A DNA stretch of 64,000 nucleotides. It comes from an uncultured Acidobacteriota bacterium. Lineage in GTDB: Bacteria; Acidobacteriota; JAQAZP01. This document shows, piece after piece, positions 1 to 10,367 of this stretch. Location of the stretch: the NCBI GenBank assembly GCA_963836075.1, contig CAWIIB010000001.1:1856001-1920000 (forward strand). The letters are read 5' to 3'. Within the stretch, counting starts at the first letter, position 1. The number at the start of each line of letters is the position of its first letter. The translations under genes and the position numbers were made by a program. The notes below the pieces were generated by a model. That model worked only from the letters and a program-made list of their open reading frames with translations. It was not told the DNA's origin and ran no database searches.

Positions 1-60
1 CAGCACGGTGCTGGTGACCAGCCGTCCACAGCACTCGTTTCGTTTCCAGCGCATCACCAT
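1..60 (-). CDS. 5' end of a downstream gene running off the window (possibly the partner M16 peptidase subunit)
   Basis: ATG at 60-58 lies 1 nt after the M16 stop and reads MVMRWKRNECCGRLVTSTVL, open to the window edge. M16 genes often occur in pairs (inference). Confidence 0.45.
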   Translation of the reverse strand, partial: MVMRWKRNECCGRLVTSTVL

Positions 61-61
61 G

Positions 62-1528
62 TCACTTCCCCAGCAGGCTCTTCATGATGCCGAAGAACCA
101 GTACTTGAGGTGGAACTCCTCGGGCCGGATCCAGCCCACCACCACGTTCTCCTCCGCCAGATAGGTCGCCGCCACCCGCCGCACGTCCTCGGCGGTCACT
201 GCCTCGATCCGGGCCGCCCGGTCAGCGAACCGCAACCTGTCCCCCTCGATCACCGCTGCCCACCCCAGGGCGCCGGCGGCACCCGCCGGTCCGGCCAGGC
301 TGAAGAGCCGGCGTACCAGCAGCCGGCGGCGGGCCTGTTCCAGTTCATCCTGCGGCACGTCCTCCTCGCGCAGCCGGCGGATCTCCTCCCACATCGCTTG
401 CTCCACGGTCTTTGAGCGCACCGAGGGGAGAAAGACAGCAAAGGCCACCAGGCCCGAGGGGTCGATGGTGCGCTCGAAGATGGTGTCCACGTAAACCGCC
501 ACCCGCTTCCGGCGCACCAGGCTGTTGGTCAGCCGGGCCCGGCTGCCGCCGGTGAGCAGTTCGCGGATCACCTCCAGGGCCGGGTAATCGGGGTGCGCGG
601 CCTCCGGGGTATGGAAGCCGAGGCCCACCACCGGCACCTCCACCGGCAGTTTCAGCGTGTGACGCACCAAAGCTTCGCCATAGGGCTCGGGGGTGGGTGA
701 AGGACGCTCCTCCATATCCCCCGCCGGCACCGCCCCGAAGTGGTGACGCACCAGCTGATCCACCTGCGCCGGCTCCACCTGCCCGGTGATCACCAGCAGT
801 GCGTTGCCGGGCTGGTAATAGCGGCGGTAAAACTCGCGGCACTGCTCCACGGTGAAGCTGTTCAGCTGCTCCGCGTCGCCCAGCACGTCGTGGCGGTAGG
901 GGTGGACGGTGAAGAAGAGCTTCTTGTACCAGGAGTAGGCCGCGCCCAGCGGGTCGTTCTCCAGCCGCAGCCGCAGTTCCTCCAGCACTACCTGGCGCTC
1001 GGTGTCCAGCACCCCGGCGTCGAGGGCCAGGTTGGCCATGCGGTCCGCTTCCATCTCCAGGGCCAGTTCCAGGTGTTCCGCCGGCAGGGTCTCGTGGTAG
1101 ACGGTGACGTCCTCGCTGGTCCAGGCGTTGGCCTCCCCCCCTACAGCCTGGATCCGGCGGATGAACTCCTCCGGCCCCACGGTGGGGGTTCCGCGGAACA
1201 TCATGTGCTCGAAGAGGTGGGCCAGGCCGTGCTCACCCGGCCCCTCGTCCCGGCCGCCCACGCGGTACCAGACCTGCACCGCCGCCACCGGCGCCCGGCC
1301 GCCGGGCAGCACCAGCACACGGAGGCCGTTGTCCAGGGTATATGAATAAAGTTGAAGATCGGCCTCCAGGGCAGCGGGATCGAGGGGGGCACCGGTCTCC
1401 GCATGGAGCTCGGGCAGGGGGCCTCCGCCGCAGGCGGTGGAAGAGCATGCCGCCATCAACAGGGTGAAGAGAAGCAAAAATCGGGGACAGGCACCGATTT
1501 CCTGCTGAAATCGAGAGCCAGTCCCCAT
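62..1528 (-). CDS. M16 (pitrilysin/insulinase) family zinc peptidase, exported
   Basis: Inverted zincin motif GLAHLFEHMMFRG, NAWTSEDVTVY, LDNGLRV. N-terminal hydrophobic segment ending LLMAAC. GAGGAG RBS precedes ATG 1528. Confidence 0.92.
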   Translation of the reverse strand: MGTGSRFQQEIGACPRFLLLFTLLMAACSSTACGGGPLPELHAETGAPLDPAALEADLQLYSYTLDNGLRVLVLPGGRAPVAAVQVWYRVGGRDEGPGEHGLAHLFEHMMFRGTPTVGPEEFIRRIQAVGGEANAWTSEDVTVYHETLPAEHLELALEMEADRMANLALDAGVLDTERQVVLEELRLRLENDPLGAAYSWYKKLFFTVHPYRHDVLGDAEQLNSFTVEQCREFYRRYYQPGNALLVITGQVEPAQVDQLVRHHFGAVPAGDMEERPSPTPEPYGEALVRHTLKLPVEVPVVGLGFHTPEAAHPDYPALEVIRELLTGGSRARLTNSLVRRKRVAVYVDTIFERTIDPSGLVAFAVFLPSVRSKTVEQAMWEEIRRLREEDVPQDELEQARRRLLVRRLFSLAGPAGAAGALGWAAVIEGDRLRFADRAARIEAVTAEDVRRVAATYLAEENVVVGWIRPEEFHLKYWFFGIMKSLLGK

Positions 1529-1554
1529 TTTTGTCTCCTCGAAATGAGGCAGGT

Positions 1555-1998
1555 TCAAGCGATATCCACCAGCTCGATGTCGAAGGTCAGGTCCTTGCCG
1601 GCCAGCGGGTGGTTGGCGTCGAGGGTCACCTCTTCGTCGGAGAGCCCGGTGATGGTGAAGATCACCCGCTGTGGATCGCCCTCAGCCTCGCCCTCGGAAC
1701 GCCCCTCGAGCTGGCGGCCCAGCTTCAGTTCCAGGCCTTCGGGCATCTCGGACCGCTTGGCCTTGATCACCATCTCGTCGCGGTGCGGTCCGTAGGCCTG
1801 GTCCGAAGTGATCTCCACGGTGCGGTTGTCGCCCACGGCCAGCCCCTCCACCGCCTTCTCGAAACCGGGGATCACCTCGCCCTTGCCCAATGTAAAGGAG
1901 AGCGGGTCGCTCCCCTTGCTGGTGTCGAATTCCATGCCGTCGGCCAGCCTCCCGGTATAGTGGATTTTGACCGTATCGCCTTTCTTTGCTTCACTCAT
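1555..1998 (-). CDS. FKBP-type peptidyl-prolyl cis-trans isomerase (SlyD/SlpA-like, no His-rich tail)
   Basis: MSEAKKGDTVKIHYTGRL...FDTS...VIPGFEKA...LDANHPLAGKDLTFDIEL. Confidence 0.95.
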   Translation of the reverse strand: MSEAKKGDTVKIHYTGRLADGMEFDTSKGSDPLSFTLGKGEVIPGFEKAVEGLAVGDNRTVEITSDQAYGPHRDEMVIKAKRSEMPEGLELKLGRQLEGRSEGEAEGDPQRVIFTITGLSDEEVTLDANHPLAGKDLTFDIELVDIA

Positions 1999-2109
1999 AC
2001 GCTTGTTTTCCGGCCGGGCCTTTCCTGCCCGGCAGCAGAACACTCCTTTGCTGTGGTTCCGTAAACGCCTCTGGTGATCCCCGGCTCCGAATCGAGCCGG
2101 GAACCGGCG

Positions 2110-2901
2110 TCACTTGACAAAAATCTCGACTTTCTCCATCAGGTCGCCCTGGTCCCGCTGCTGCGGGCTCACTATTTTCAGGTTATCCACCACGTCCATC
2201 CCGTGAATCACCTCGCCAAAGGCGGTGTGCTTGCCGTTGAGGCCCTTGAACTCCTGCTTGCCGGTGACCAGGAAAAACTGGCTGGTGTTGGTATTCGGGC
2301 CGGCGTTGGCCATGGCGATCACACCCCGCTGCACGCGCAGCGAGGGCAGCGCGTTGTCGAACTTATAGCCCAGCGAAGTGTAGAACTCCTCGATGGAGCG
2401 CTCGCCGAAGGTCTCCAGCTGCTGCTTGGTCGGGGGGGGGATGATGAAATCTCCGTCCTTGACCTTGATCTTGTCCAGCCCCAGGGCGGTAGCGCTGATC
2501 TCGTTGGGATAGTGGTAGGGACCGCTGCTGATCCCGGGCAGGACTCCCCCCTGGGCCATGAAGTCCTTGATCACCCGGTGGAACCGGCTGCCGTCGTACA
2601 GGCCGTTGCGGGCCAGGTTGATGAAGCTGGTCACGGTGTACGGCGCGGCCGCCACGTCGAAACGGATGGTGATCGGGCCCCTGGTGGTGGTGATCACCGC
2701 GAAGTAGGCCCGGGCCGGGTCCACTTCGGGACCGGCGGGCTTGGAGATCATGCTCCCCGCCTTGGCCAGCTTCTCCGCCCCCTCGGGCACTCCCGGGGCC
2801 GGGCCTTCGCCGGCCGGCGATACGCAGCAGACCAGCAGCGCCAGAACGGTGGCCAGGGCAATACGGTTCAGGGAACGGCTGACGTTCATCCTCTGGAACA
2901 T
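2110..2901 (-). CDS. Cyclophilin-type peptidyl-prolyl isomerase, exported, with an insertion
   Basis: YDGSRFHRVIKDFMAQGG, IAMANAGPNTNTSQFF, LNGKHTAFGEV; N-terminal signal or lipoprotein-like segment. Confidence 0.93.
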   Translation of the reverse strand: MFQRMNVSRSLNRIALATVLALLVCCVSPAGEGPAPGVPEGAEKLAKAGSMISKPAGPEVDPARAYFAVITTTRGPITIRFDVAAAPYTVTSFINLARNGLYDGSRFHRVIKDFMAQGGVLPGISSGPYHYPNEISATALGLDKIKVKDGDFIIPPPTKQQLETFGERSIEEFYTSLGYKFDNALPSLRVQRGVIAMANAGPNTNTSQFFLVTGKQEFKGLNGKHTAFGEVIHGMDVVDNLKIVSPQQRDQGDLMEKVEIFVK

Positions 2902-2983
2902 TCGATGAAAACTCCTTCTGCTTGAGTGGGCCGCTGGCTCAGCGGCCGGGAATCAGGGTCCTGACATCATGAACAGCTAGAGG

Positions 2984-5893
2984 TCACTCCCCCGCCGGCG
3001 GCCGGACAGGCGCCTCCTGCACCGTGCCCGGCACGAACCATACCTCACCGTCGGCGTTGCCTGCCAGTAGGTCGGGCAGCCCGTCACGGTTGAAATCCAT
3101 CACAAAGGGCACCGGGTCCCGGCCCAGATAGAGGGTGCCACGCTCGTAGGTCACCGGTTCGGCAGCGCCGAAGTTACCCTCACCGGACCGCTGCCCCCTC
3201 TCCCCCCGCTGGTTGAGAAAGAGGAACAGGCTGCCCTGGGCCGTCCCGAGCATGATATCCGGCAAGGCGTCACCGTTCCAGTCGGAAACGGCAAAAGGCG
3301 CCGCACCGCCTTCCGACCGGCCGGAGCCGGGGCGGGGGGAGGCATCGAACACTACCCGCGACGGCTCCAGCTCGGGCTGGCTGTCCTCACCCCGGTTGCG
3401 GTAGAGCAGCACCTGTCCCGAGCCGCTGCCGCAGAGCAGATCCTTGCGTCCGTCACCGTCCCAGTCCACCACCACCGGGCAGGCATCCTCGCCCAGATCG
3501 ATCTCCTTCGACCCGCTTGAGAGGTAGGTGCCGTCGTTGTATACCGGGCCGTCACTGGTGCCCATGTTGCGGTAGAGGGTGAGAAACCCGATGCCGTCCC
3601 CCACCAGCAGATCCTCCCGGCCGTCGTTGTCCCAGTCCACCGGGAAGGGCGAGGAAAAGCTCTCCACCGCCTCCCCCAGCCGGAGACCGGGTTCGAAACG
3701 GAGACCCTCCGCTTCGGGGTCCCGGCGGAAGAGGGTCAGATAGCCGAAACGGTCCCCACAGAGGATGTCGTAGAAACCGTCGCCGTCGTAATCCACCACC
3801 CGGGGCACGCAGGCGCCCTCCACCGTCAACGCTTTGCCGGTGTTGTCGGTGAGCAGTTCCGGAATACCGAGAGAGAAAGGTTCAAAGGGCGTGAGGGACA
3901 CCGAAAGGCTGCCCTTCGAGCCCTCGGGCACCACCACCGTCTGGATCCGCTCGGCATAGCCGGCGGCGATCACCCGCAGCCGGTGCACCCCGGCGGGCAG
4001 GTCCTCCAGCTCGAGGGGCGTGGCGCCGAGGTAGCGGCCGCGGTAGGCCAGGGTGCCGTCGAGATAGACATGGGCCCCGTCCGGGTTGGTGGTCACGGAA
4101 AGCGACCCGCCATCGAGGCCGAACCGCCGGGCGGTCTCCGCCGGCGACTCCTCCACCAGCGAGCCCACCCGGCCGCCCACCATGTTGGAGAGCATGCGGT
4201 CCATGGCCGAGGCGGGCATGCTCACCCTGCCGCCGCCCACCGCCTGGCCCTCCAGGGTCTTCATCGGCTCGCCGGCATCCCCCTCGGCCGGCAGTTCGGG
4301 CTCCGGCTCCGGCGGCGTCTGCGGCATATCGGGGGCGGGATCCGGCTCCACTTCGCAGCTGACGCCCCGCACGCCCCACCAGTAGCGCTGGGGCGGATTG
4401 AAGGCCGCGGAAAAGGTCAGGGTGTTCAGCCCCTCGTCGGCCACCAGCGTGTCGTCCACCCGCAGGACCTGCTCGTCGCTCCATTCCTCGTCACCGGTGA
4501 GCGGCCCGTAGGACCGGATCAGGGTGCCGTTGAGCAGCACCTCCAGCTCGTCGGCGGCGTCGATGTCCCACAGCTGGAAACGGAACAGTACCCCGCCCGG
4601 CCGGCCGGGAAAGGTGAACGAGGCCCGCTGCTCGTGCTCCATGTCTCCGCCGCCGGCCATCCGGCCCAGCGGCCCCGGCCAGGGCAATGGCCGGGCGGGC
4701 AGCACGCTGCGCACGCCCCAGATATAGCGGTGCGGGGGGTTGTAGGTGTTGCGGAAGACCAGACGGTTTGACCGGCCGGGCTGCACCAGGCCGGCGGGAA
4801 GGACCAGTTGCTGGGTCCGGCTCCAGCCGTCGTCGGAAACTCCAGGGCCCAGCGTCCGCACCACCGTTCCGTTGAAGATGATCTCCAGTTCGGCGGGAGA
4901 GTCGATGTCGTAGGCCTGGAAGGTGATCACCTGGTCCCCGGCCCCCTGGGGGACAAACTCGTAGGCCACCCTGGAGATGTTGCCCTCGGGCAGGCCCCGG
5001 GCATTGCCGTAAGCCCGCAGGCTGGGCAGCGGGATGGCCTGGCCCACCGCCACCCGGTTCACCCCCCAGAGGAGATTCCTCCGCGGGTCCTCGGGATTGA
5101 GGAAGCAGACCGTGTTGGGCCGTCCCGCCAGCAGCAGCTCCGCGGGGATGGTCAGCGACCTCAGGGAACTCCAGTTGTTGTTCCCCGGTACCGGGTCGGC
5201 CCGGGCCAGCCGCCTGCCGTTGACCAGAATCTCCACCTCGCCCCGGTAGTCCACATCAAAGAGGCGGTAGGTCAGCACCGTGTCGGTCAGGCCGGGCTCG
5301 GGGGTGAAGAGAAAGACCGCCGCCGGGATCTCCGGAGCGCCCACCTCCAGGTCGCCGGTCACCGTTTCCCCGGCGGGGAGCGGCAGGGCGTCGGCGGCGA
5401 GGATGTCCACCCCCCAGGGATAACGCTTGCCCGGCGGCGCGTTGTTGCGGAACATCAACATTGCCCGCCGGCCGGATACCTGCTCCGCGGGTATCTCCAT
5501 CGAGAGAACTTCCCCCCACTGCTCGTTGCCGGTGGGCGGGATGATGAAGACCGGTTTTCCGTCCAGCAGCAGGTCCAGCTCGCCCGGGTAGTCCACGTCC
5601 CAGACGCGAAAGGTGATCACCCGCTTGCGGCCCGGATCAGCCGACCCCACCGGAAAGGCGAGCATCGGCGACCAGGAGTCGGGGCTGCGGGTGAAACGGA
5701 CCTGCAGTTGCTGGGGGAACCCCCGCTCCGGCGGTGCCGGCAGCGCCATGACCGGGGGGCAGACCCAGGTCAGGCAGAGCAGCGCCGCGAGTATCGTCAG
5801 GAGGAGCCCCCCGGCGGTTTCCGGCTCGCGCTTTTCCGGGGACCCGGCCCGCTGCGGCAGGTGAATGGTGTACACGGAATTCCGCTCGGTCAT
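2984..5893 (-). CDS. Large exported protein: four ~115-aa repeats + PEGA domain + FG-GAP/VCBS propeller
   Basis: Four D(V/I)D..E...NG...W...WGV repeats; PEGA-like LSVTTNPDGAHVYLDG...G.TPL; DYDGDG/DWDNDG/DWDGDG/DWNGD/DFNRDG blades. Start uncertain (5893 chosen). Confidence 0.8.
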   Translation of the reverse strand: MTERNSVYTIHLPQRAGSPEKREPETAGGLLLTILAALLCLTWVCPPVMALPAPPERGFPQQLQVRFTRSPDSWSPMLAFPVGSADPGRKRVITFRVWDVDYPGELDLLLDGKPVFIIPPTGNEQWGEVLSMEIPAEQVSGRRAMLMFRNNAPPGKRYPWGVDILAADALPLPAGETVTGDLEVGAPEIPAAVFLFTPEPGLTDTVLTYRLFDVDYRGEVEILVNGRRLARADPVPGNNNWSSLRSLTIPAELLLAGRPNTVCFLNPEDPRRNLLWGVNRVAVGQAIPLPSLRAYGNARGLPEGNISRVAYEFVPQGAGDQVITFQAYDIDSPAELEIIFNGTVVRTLGPGVSDDGWSRTQQLVLPAGLVQPGRSNRLVFRNTYNPPHRYIWGVRSVLPARPLPWPGPLGRMAGGGDMEHEQRASFTFPGRPGGVLFRFQLWDIDAADELEVLLNGTLIRSYGPLTGDEEWSDEQVLRVDDTLVADEGLNTLTFSAAFNPPQRYWWGVRGVSCEVEPDPAPDMPQTPPEPEPELPAEGDAGEPMKTLEGQAVGGGRVSMPASAMDRMLSNMVGGRVGSLVEESPAETARRFGLDGGSLSVTTNPDGAHVYLDGTLAYRGRYLGATPLELEDLPAGVHRLRVIAAGYAERIQTVVVPEGSKGSLSVSLTPFEPFSLGIPELLTDNTGKALTVEGACVPRVVDYDGDGFYDILCGDRFGYLTLFRRDPEAEGLRFEPGLRLGEAVESFSSPFPVDWDNDGREDLLVGDGIGFLTLYRNMGTSDGPVYNDGTYLSSGSKEIDLGEDACPVVVDWDGDGRKDLLCGSGSGQVLLYRNRGEDSQPELEPSRVVFDASPRPGSGRSEGGAAPFAVSDWNGDALPDIMLGTAQGSLFLFLNQRGERGQRSGEGNFGAAEPVTYERGTLYLGRDPVPFVMDFNRDGLPDLLAGNADGEVWFVPGTVQEAPVRPPAGE

Positions 5894-6207
5894 GCTCTTT
5901 CTCTCGAACGGTGTTCCCGGTTCCGTGGCCGGCAACCAGGCCGTTTCCCCGGATGAACTGGAGCTACAGGGCCAAGTTTGCCCCGATTCGGCCTCCGGTG
6001 CAAGCAACGCCGCTCCCCGGGCCGTGACAAAACCATGACTAAATCAGTCAACTATTGCTGGAAAGTCTTTTTTGCCGAACCTATATTGAAAACAGCCGTT
6101 AGTAAAATAAAACCGCTAAATGCCTTGCCTGAAAAAACCGAACACCGACCGGCACCGGATGGTAAGCTTTTACCAAGCCTTGCCTGCCGACCATGAGGGG
6201 GTCACCG

Positions 6208-9200
6208 ATGAAGAAGCACCCCGTTCCATGGCCACCAGCACGGAGTTCCGCGAGACTCGCCATGGCGACAGTCGTCTGCCTGCTGCTGGCCACCCCGGCC
6301 CTGACCGTCGATGACACCCCGGTGATGGAGATCCCCGGGGGGATGGACTCGGTGAGCCGGCTGCTGGGCCACGCCGACGAGACACCGGACGGATTCGCCC
6401 GCAGCGTCAACCGCATCCTGCTGGAGATCGTCCGGCCGGACAACGACTGGCGGCAGCACGAGGAGCGCGCCCTGCTCTCGGCGTTCGTCGCCACCGTCCG
6501 CGAGCTGGAAGCGAACTACGGGCCGCGCATCGAACTCTCGCCCGCCGCGGGACAGGGCCGGCGCGACTTCGCCCGGCTGGCCGCTCTCTGCGGCTACTCG
6601 GTGCACCGCAAACATGGCCGGCTGGTCTGTGACCAGCGCGGCGGCCCCACCGCCATGCACCGCCGCCGCACGGCACTGGCCCTGGACTGGGACCTGGCCG
6701 GCGAGGCGGAGAAACTGGATGCCGGCGAGACCGTGGTGCTGGAGATCCATAACGGCCGGGCCGAGGCGCCGCTGGACTTCCCTACCTGGGCATCGATCAC
6801 CGGCCGCCCGGTGGACAGCGCCACGGCTTTCCTGGAGCTGGTCCGTGACCAACGGCTGGGGCTGCTGCTGGAGGGTCTGCACCAGGTAACCGCGGAAACC
6901 AGAGACTTCTTCCGCGACGGCCAGCTGCCCTGGATCTACAGCGAGGCCCCCGCCCCCTTCTACCGTTACTCCGCCCAGCTGGAACTGCGCCACGGTATGC
7001 TGGTGGTGCCCGGCGGCAGCGGCGCCGAGGAAGGCTGGTCCAGACTGCTGGGGGTTCCGGTATCCGATACCGCTCCCTTTATTCGCGCCCTGCTGGGCAC
7101 CGCTGATGCCCGCGGCGCCTATCTCTGGCAGCTGCTCTCCACGGTGCCCCCCACGGTTCTGGACGAACTGGCCTCCGCCGGCCTGGACCGCGACCCGTCC
7201 TGGCCGGTGCGGTTGGAGAAGATGTTCCAGCGGCTGGGTGAGGAGTCCAGCCGACTGGCCTTTGACCGGCCGCGGGCCCCCGGCTTCGGCATCGGCGACT
7301 GGGAAGTGCTGGGGCTGGTCTTCCCTGCCGCGCCCGGTGACGAGTGGGACGGCGAGGAGCCGATCGCCAGGATCGTCCGGGCCTCGGGCTTTGCCGCCGG
7401 CTGCTCCGGCCAGGGACTGCTCAGCGACACCCGGGCCGACCTGCCGCTGCTGCTGCGGGCCGAGGACCGCACGCCCATGGCCCTCCACACTTTGGAAAGC
7501 CTCTGCATCTCCGACCCGGTTCTGCTCCGCGACTACCTCCAGCTGGTGGACCAGATGGACCGCCGGACCTCGGGCCGCGGCACATCGTGGCCGGCGGAGA
7601 ACTTCCAGGGCGGGGTGGTTCTGCTGCGGATCCTCTCCGAAGCCGGCTGGGTGGGACACGATTTCATCGAGGACCGGCTGCGGGACTGGGTCCAGATCCA
7701 CCGCAGCGCCGCACGGCCGGAAGAGGCCGGCTCGGCCCAGCTGCAGTGGCTGGCCGGCCTGCTCACCGACCTCCCCGCCACCGTGGATGACGCCCCGGGC
7801 CGCGGCGAGCGGGAGCGGGCATTTATCTCCGCACTGGTCCGGCGCCGCGACCCCCAGGCCTTCCACTGGGGCGGCCTCGACTACCGGGGCGAACGGGGCC
7901 GGGACCTGGCGGCCACCATGGCCCGCCGGATGGTGGATCAGCGGATTCCCTGCCCCGACCAGCTGGTGGAGATCGCCGCCCAGCTGAACCAGCTGACCGA
8001 GGCCTGCCGCCACCGTGACCTGGATCGGTCCCGGCGTATCGCCTCAGCCCTGGGCAGCCGTATCTCGGCCCTGCCCTACCCCCATTTTGAACCGCTGCCG
8101 GGACGGCAGAACCTCGATGACGGCCTGATGCCCGTGGAGCGGAAAAAAATACTCAACCGGCTGACCACCATCCGTGAAAACCGCGACCCGGGGCGGCTGG
8201 GGGCCATGGCCCGGGCGGCCGAGGCGGCATCGCGGATGATGGGCCCGGAGATCCGGCCGCTGCTGCTCTGCCCGGCCTATCTCGAGGCGATGGGCGAGGA
8301 GGAGCACTTCCTCTTTGCCGACCGCAACCTGATCCGGCGGCACGCGGTCAGTTCCGGCTGGGGGACCAGGGACCACCCGGTGACCCCCTGGCGCGCGGCC
8401 ATGGTGATTCCGGCAGCACACTCCGACCACGGGACCCACATCGCCGGGCACCTCACCGGGGTTCCCGCGGCCATGGCCGCGGTCCTCTCGGTGGGCAACG
8501 ACCCGGCAGCGGGAACCGGCACCGCGTATGCGCGTCTCGAGCCGGCGTGGTACGAGAACGCGGTGACCACACCGTGGCACCGCATCACCCCCGAGCTGTC
8601 GCGGTTCGTCTCCGCGGCGCTGGCGGCCGGCGACAGCCTGATCCACAACGCGCTGGCCGAGGGCCCGGGCCACCAGGCGCTGAACCCGGTGCGCCTGATC
8701 GTCCCCCCGGCCCGGCTGCAGCAGGAGGCCCAACGGCTGCGCAGTAACCACGGCAGCCCGTCCCTGATCTCACCCAGCGAGCGGTTCATGGCCGGCCTGG
8801 CCGTGGCGGAGAGCGGCCCGCTCACCGCGGCGGTCTGGGGCATCCCCACGGCCCACCGCGAGGAACTGGAGGCGTCGCGGGCAGTGCTGGGCGACGACTG
8901 GCGCCGGCTGGTGGACGAGGCCGGCGCCCCCACCCCGGCGATCAACGGCCGGGGCCGGCCCTGGGTCGGCTACTGGCCGACCTACGAGTCGCTGGTCCGC
9001 AACGGCCCGGTGGAGCGGCTGCGGGAACGGCAGCTGATCGACCTCCGGCTCTCGGTGATCGACTACCTGGGCCGCCACCAGCTGCCCGGCGAGGTGGGCG
9101 CCGATCTGTTCACCGACCTGCTCTTTGCCGTACCGCGGGAACTGCTGATGGAAACAGCCCGCGACTGGGAAGGGTTTCTTGCCTGGACCGCCATGCTGGA

Positions 9201-9267
9201 TGAAAAGAGCTTTGACGAAAGGATGAGAAAATGTTTCGCCTCCGGACGTTATTTTGCGCAGCTCTAG
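6208..9267 (+). CDS. Large hypothetical exported protein (~1000 aa) coupled to the VWA gene
   Basis: Long ORF with high-GC codon pattern and a signal-like segment (MATVVCLLLATPALT); overlaps the VWA gene start. No family recognised. Confidence 0.75.
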   Translation: MKKHPVPWPPARSSARLAMATVVCLLLATPALTVDDTPVMEIPGGMDSVSRLLGHADETPDGFARSVNRILLEIVRPDNDWRQHEERALLSAFVATVRELEANYGPRIELSPAAGQGRRDFARLAALCGYSVHRKHGRLVCDQRGGPTAMHRRRTALALDWDLAGEAEKLDAGETVVLEIHNGRAEAPLDFPTWASITGRPVDSATAFLELVRDQRLGLLLEGLHQVTAETRDFFRDGQLPWIYSEAPAPFYRYSAQLELRHGMLVVPGGSGAEEGWSRLLGVPVSDTAPFIRALLGTADARGAYLWQLLSTVPPTVLDELASAGLDRDPSWPVRLEKMFQRLGEESSRLAFDRPRAPGFGIGDWEVLGLVFPAAPGDEWDGEEPIARIVRASGFAAGCSGQGLLSDTRADLPLLLRAEDRTPMALHTLESLCISDPVLLRDYLQLVDQMDRRTSGRGTSWPAENFQGGVVLLRILSEAGWVGHDFIEDRLRDWVQIHRSAARPEEAGSAQLQWLAGLLTDLPATVDDAPGRGERERAFISALVRRRDPQAFHWGGLDYRGERGRDLAATMARRMVDQRIPCPDQLVEIAAQLNQLTEACRHRDLDRSRRIASALGSRISALPYPHFEPLPGRQNLDDGLMPVERKKILNRLTTIRENRDPGRLGAMARAAEAASRMMGPEIRPLLLCPAYLEAMGEEEHFLFADRNLIRRHAVSSGWGTRDHPVTPWRAAMVIPAAHSDHGTHIAGHLTGVPAAMAAVLSVGNDPAAGTGTAYARLEPAWYENAVTTPWHRITPELSRFVSAALAAGDSLIHNALAEGPGHQALNPVRLIVPPARLQQEAQRLRSNHGSPSLISPSERFMAGLAVAESGPLTAAVWGIPTAHREELEASRAVLGDDWRRLVDEAGAPTPAINGRGRPWVGYWPTYESLVRNGPVERLRERQLIDLRLSVIDYLGRHQLPGEVGADLFTDLLFAVPRELLMETARDWEGFLAWTAMLDEKSFDERMRKCFASGRYFAQL

Positions 9268-10367
9268 CCATCGCCGCCCTCTGCTCCACGGTGGGCGCGG
9301 CCAACCTGGTGCAGTTCATCTCACCGCGACCCGGTGACCTGGTGACCGGCTTGACCCAGATCCAGCTGGCGGTGGGCAACGGCACGCGGCACATCGAACG
9401 GGTGGACCTCTATGTACGGGGCCGGCTGATCGGCACCGCCTTCCCCCCCGAGTGGTCGCTGACCTGGGACGCGCCCACCGACGTCTCGGCCGACGGTATC
9501 GACGCTGTGGTCTACGAGGACGGGGCGATGGTGGGCAAGGTGCGCCTGGACACCCGCGAGTTCTACTTCGGCGAGTCGATCAACGTCTCGGCGGTGCAGC
9601 TCTACCCGGTGGTGGTGGACCGCCGGGGCCGCTACATCAAGAACCTCTCCGCCGACGACTTCCGCATCTTCGACCAGGGGCGACAGGTGGAGATCGAGCA
9701 CTTCGCCACCGAGGCCACCAGCCTGAGCATCGCCGTGGTGCTGGACACCAGCAACAGCATGTCGAAGAAGATCGGCGTGGTGCAGAACGCCTCCTGCGGC
9801 TTCGTGGACAAACTGGGCGAGGAGGATGAGGTGGCGGTCTACGCCTTCAACCAGCAGCTGCAGCGGATCATGCCCCCCACCCGGCTCCGCGGCCCGGTGA
9901 AGCGCGGGATCCGCACCCTGGAAGCCGGCGGGGGCACCGCCCTCTACGACGCCCTGATCAGGGTCCTCGGGGACATGGAGGGGGTCACCGGCCGCAAGGC
10001 GATCTTCCTCTTCTCCGACGGTCTGGACGAGCTGAGCCTGGCCAGCCTGGAGATGGTGACCGACGCCGCCAGGGACCACGAGGCGATAATCTACACCGTG
10101 GGCGCCGGGCAGGACGAGAGGACCGCGCGGGCGCGCACGGACCTGCGGATGCTGGCCGAAGAGACCGGCGGCGAGGTCCACTTCATCGAGCGTTTCGAGG
10201 AGCTGCCCACCGTCTTCGACGCCATCCTCGACCACCTGCGCTCGCAGTACGTGCTGAGCTACCGCCCCACACCGGGCCCCCCGGGGACCCGTTCGCTGGA
10301 CATCCGCTGCGACAAGCGCTCGTACCGCGTGCGCTGCCGCAAGAGCTACTACCACCAGGGGTCGTGA
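9231..10367 (+). CDS. VWA domain protein (VWFA-related Acidobacterial type) with N-terminal Ig-like domain
   Basis: MIDAS motif VVLDTSNSM, GGTALYDAL, RKAIFLFSDG, LAEETGG, LRSQYVLSY; signal peptide. Confidence 0.92.
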   Translation: MFRLRTLFCAALAIAALCSTVGAANLVQFISPRPGDLVTGLTQIQLAVGNGTRHIERVDLYVRGRLIGTAFPPEWSLTWDAPTDVSADGIDAVVYEDGAMVGKVRLDTREFYFGESINVSAVQLYPVVVDRRGRYIKNLSADDFRIFDQGRQVEIEHFATEATSLSIAVVLDTSNSMSKKIGVVQNASCGFVDKLGEEDEVAVYAFNQQLQRIMPPTRLRGPVKRGIRTLEAGGGTALYDALIRVLGDMEGVTGRKAIFLFSDGLDELSLASLEMVTDAARDHEAIIYTVGAGQDERTARARTDLRMLAEETGGEVHFIERFEELPTVFDAILDHLRSQYVLSYRPTPGPPGTRSLDIRCDKRSYRVRCRKSYYHQGS

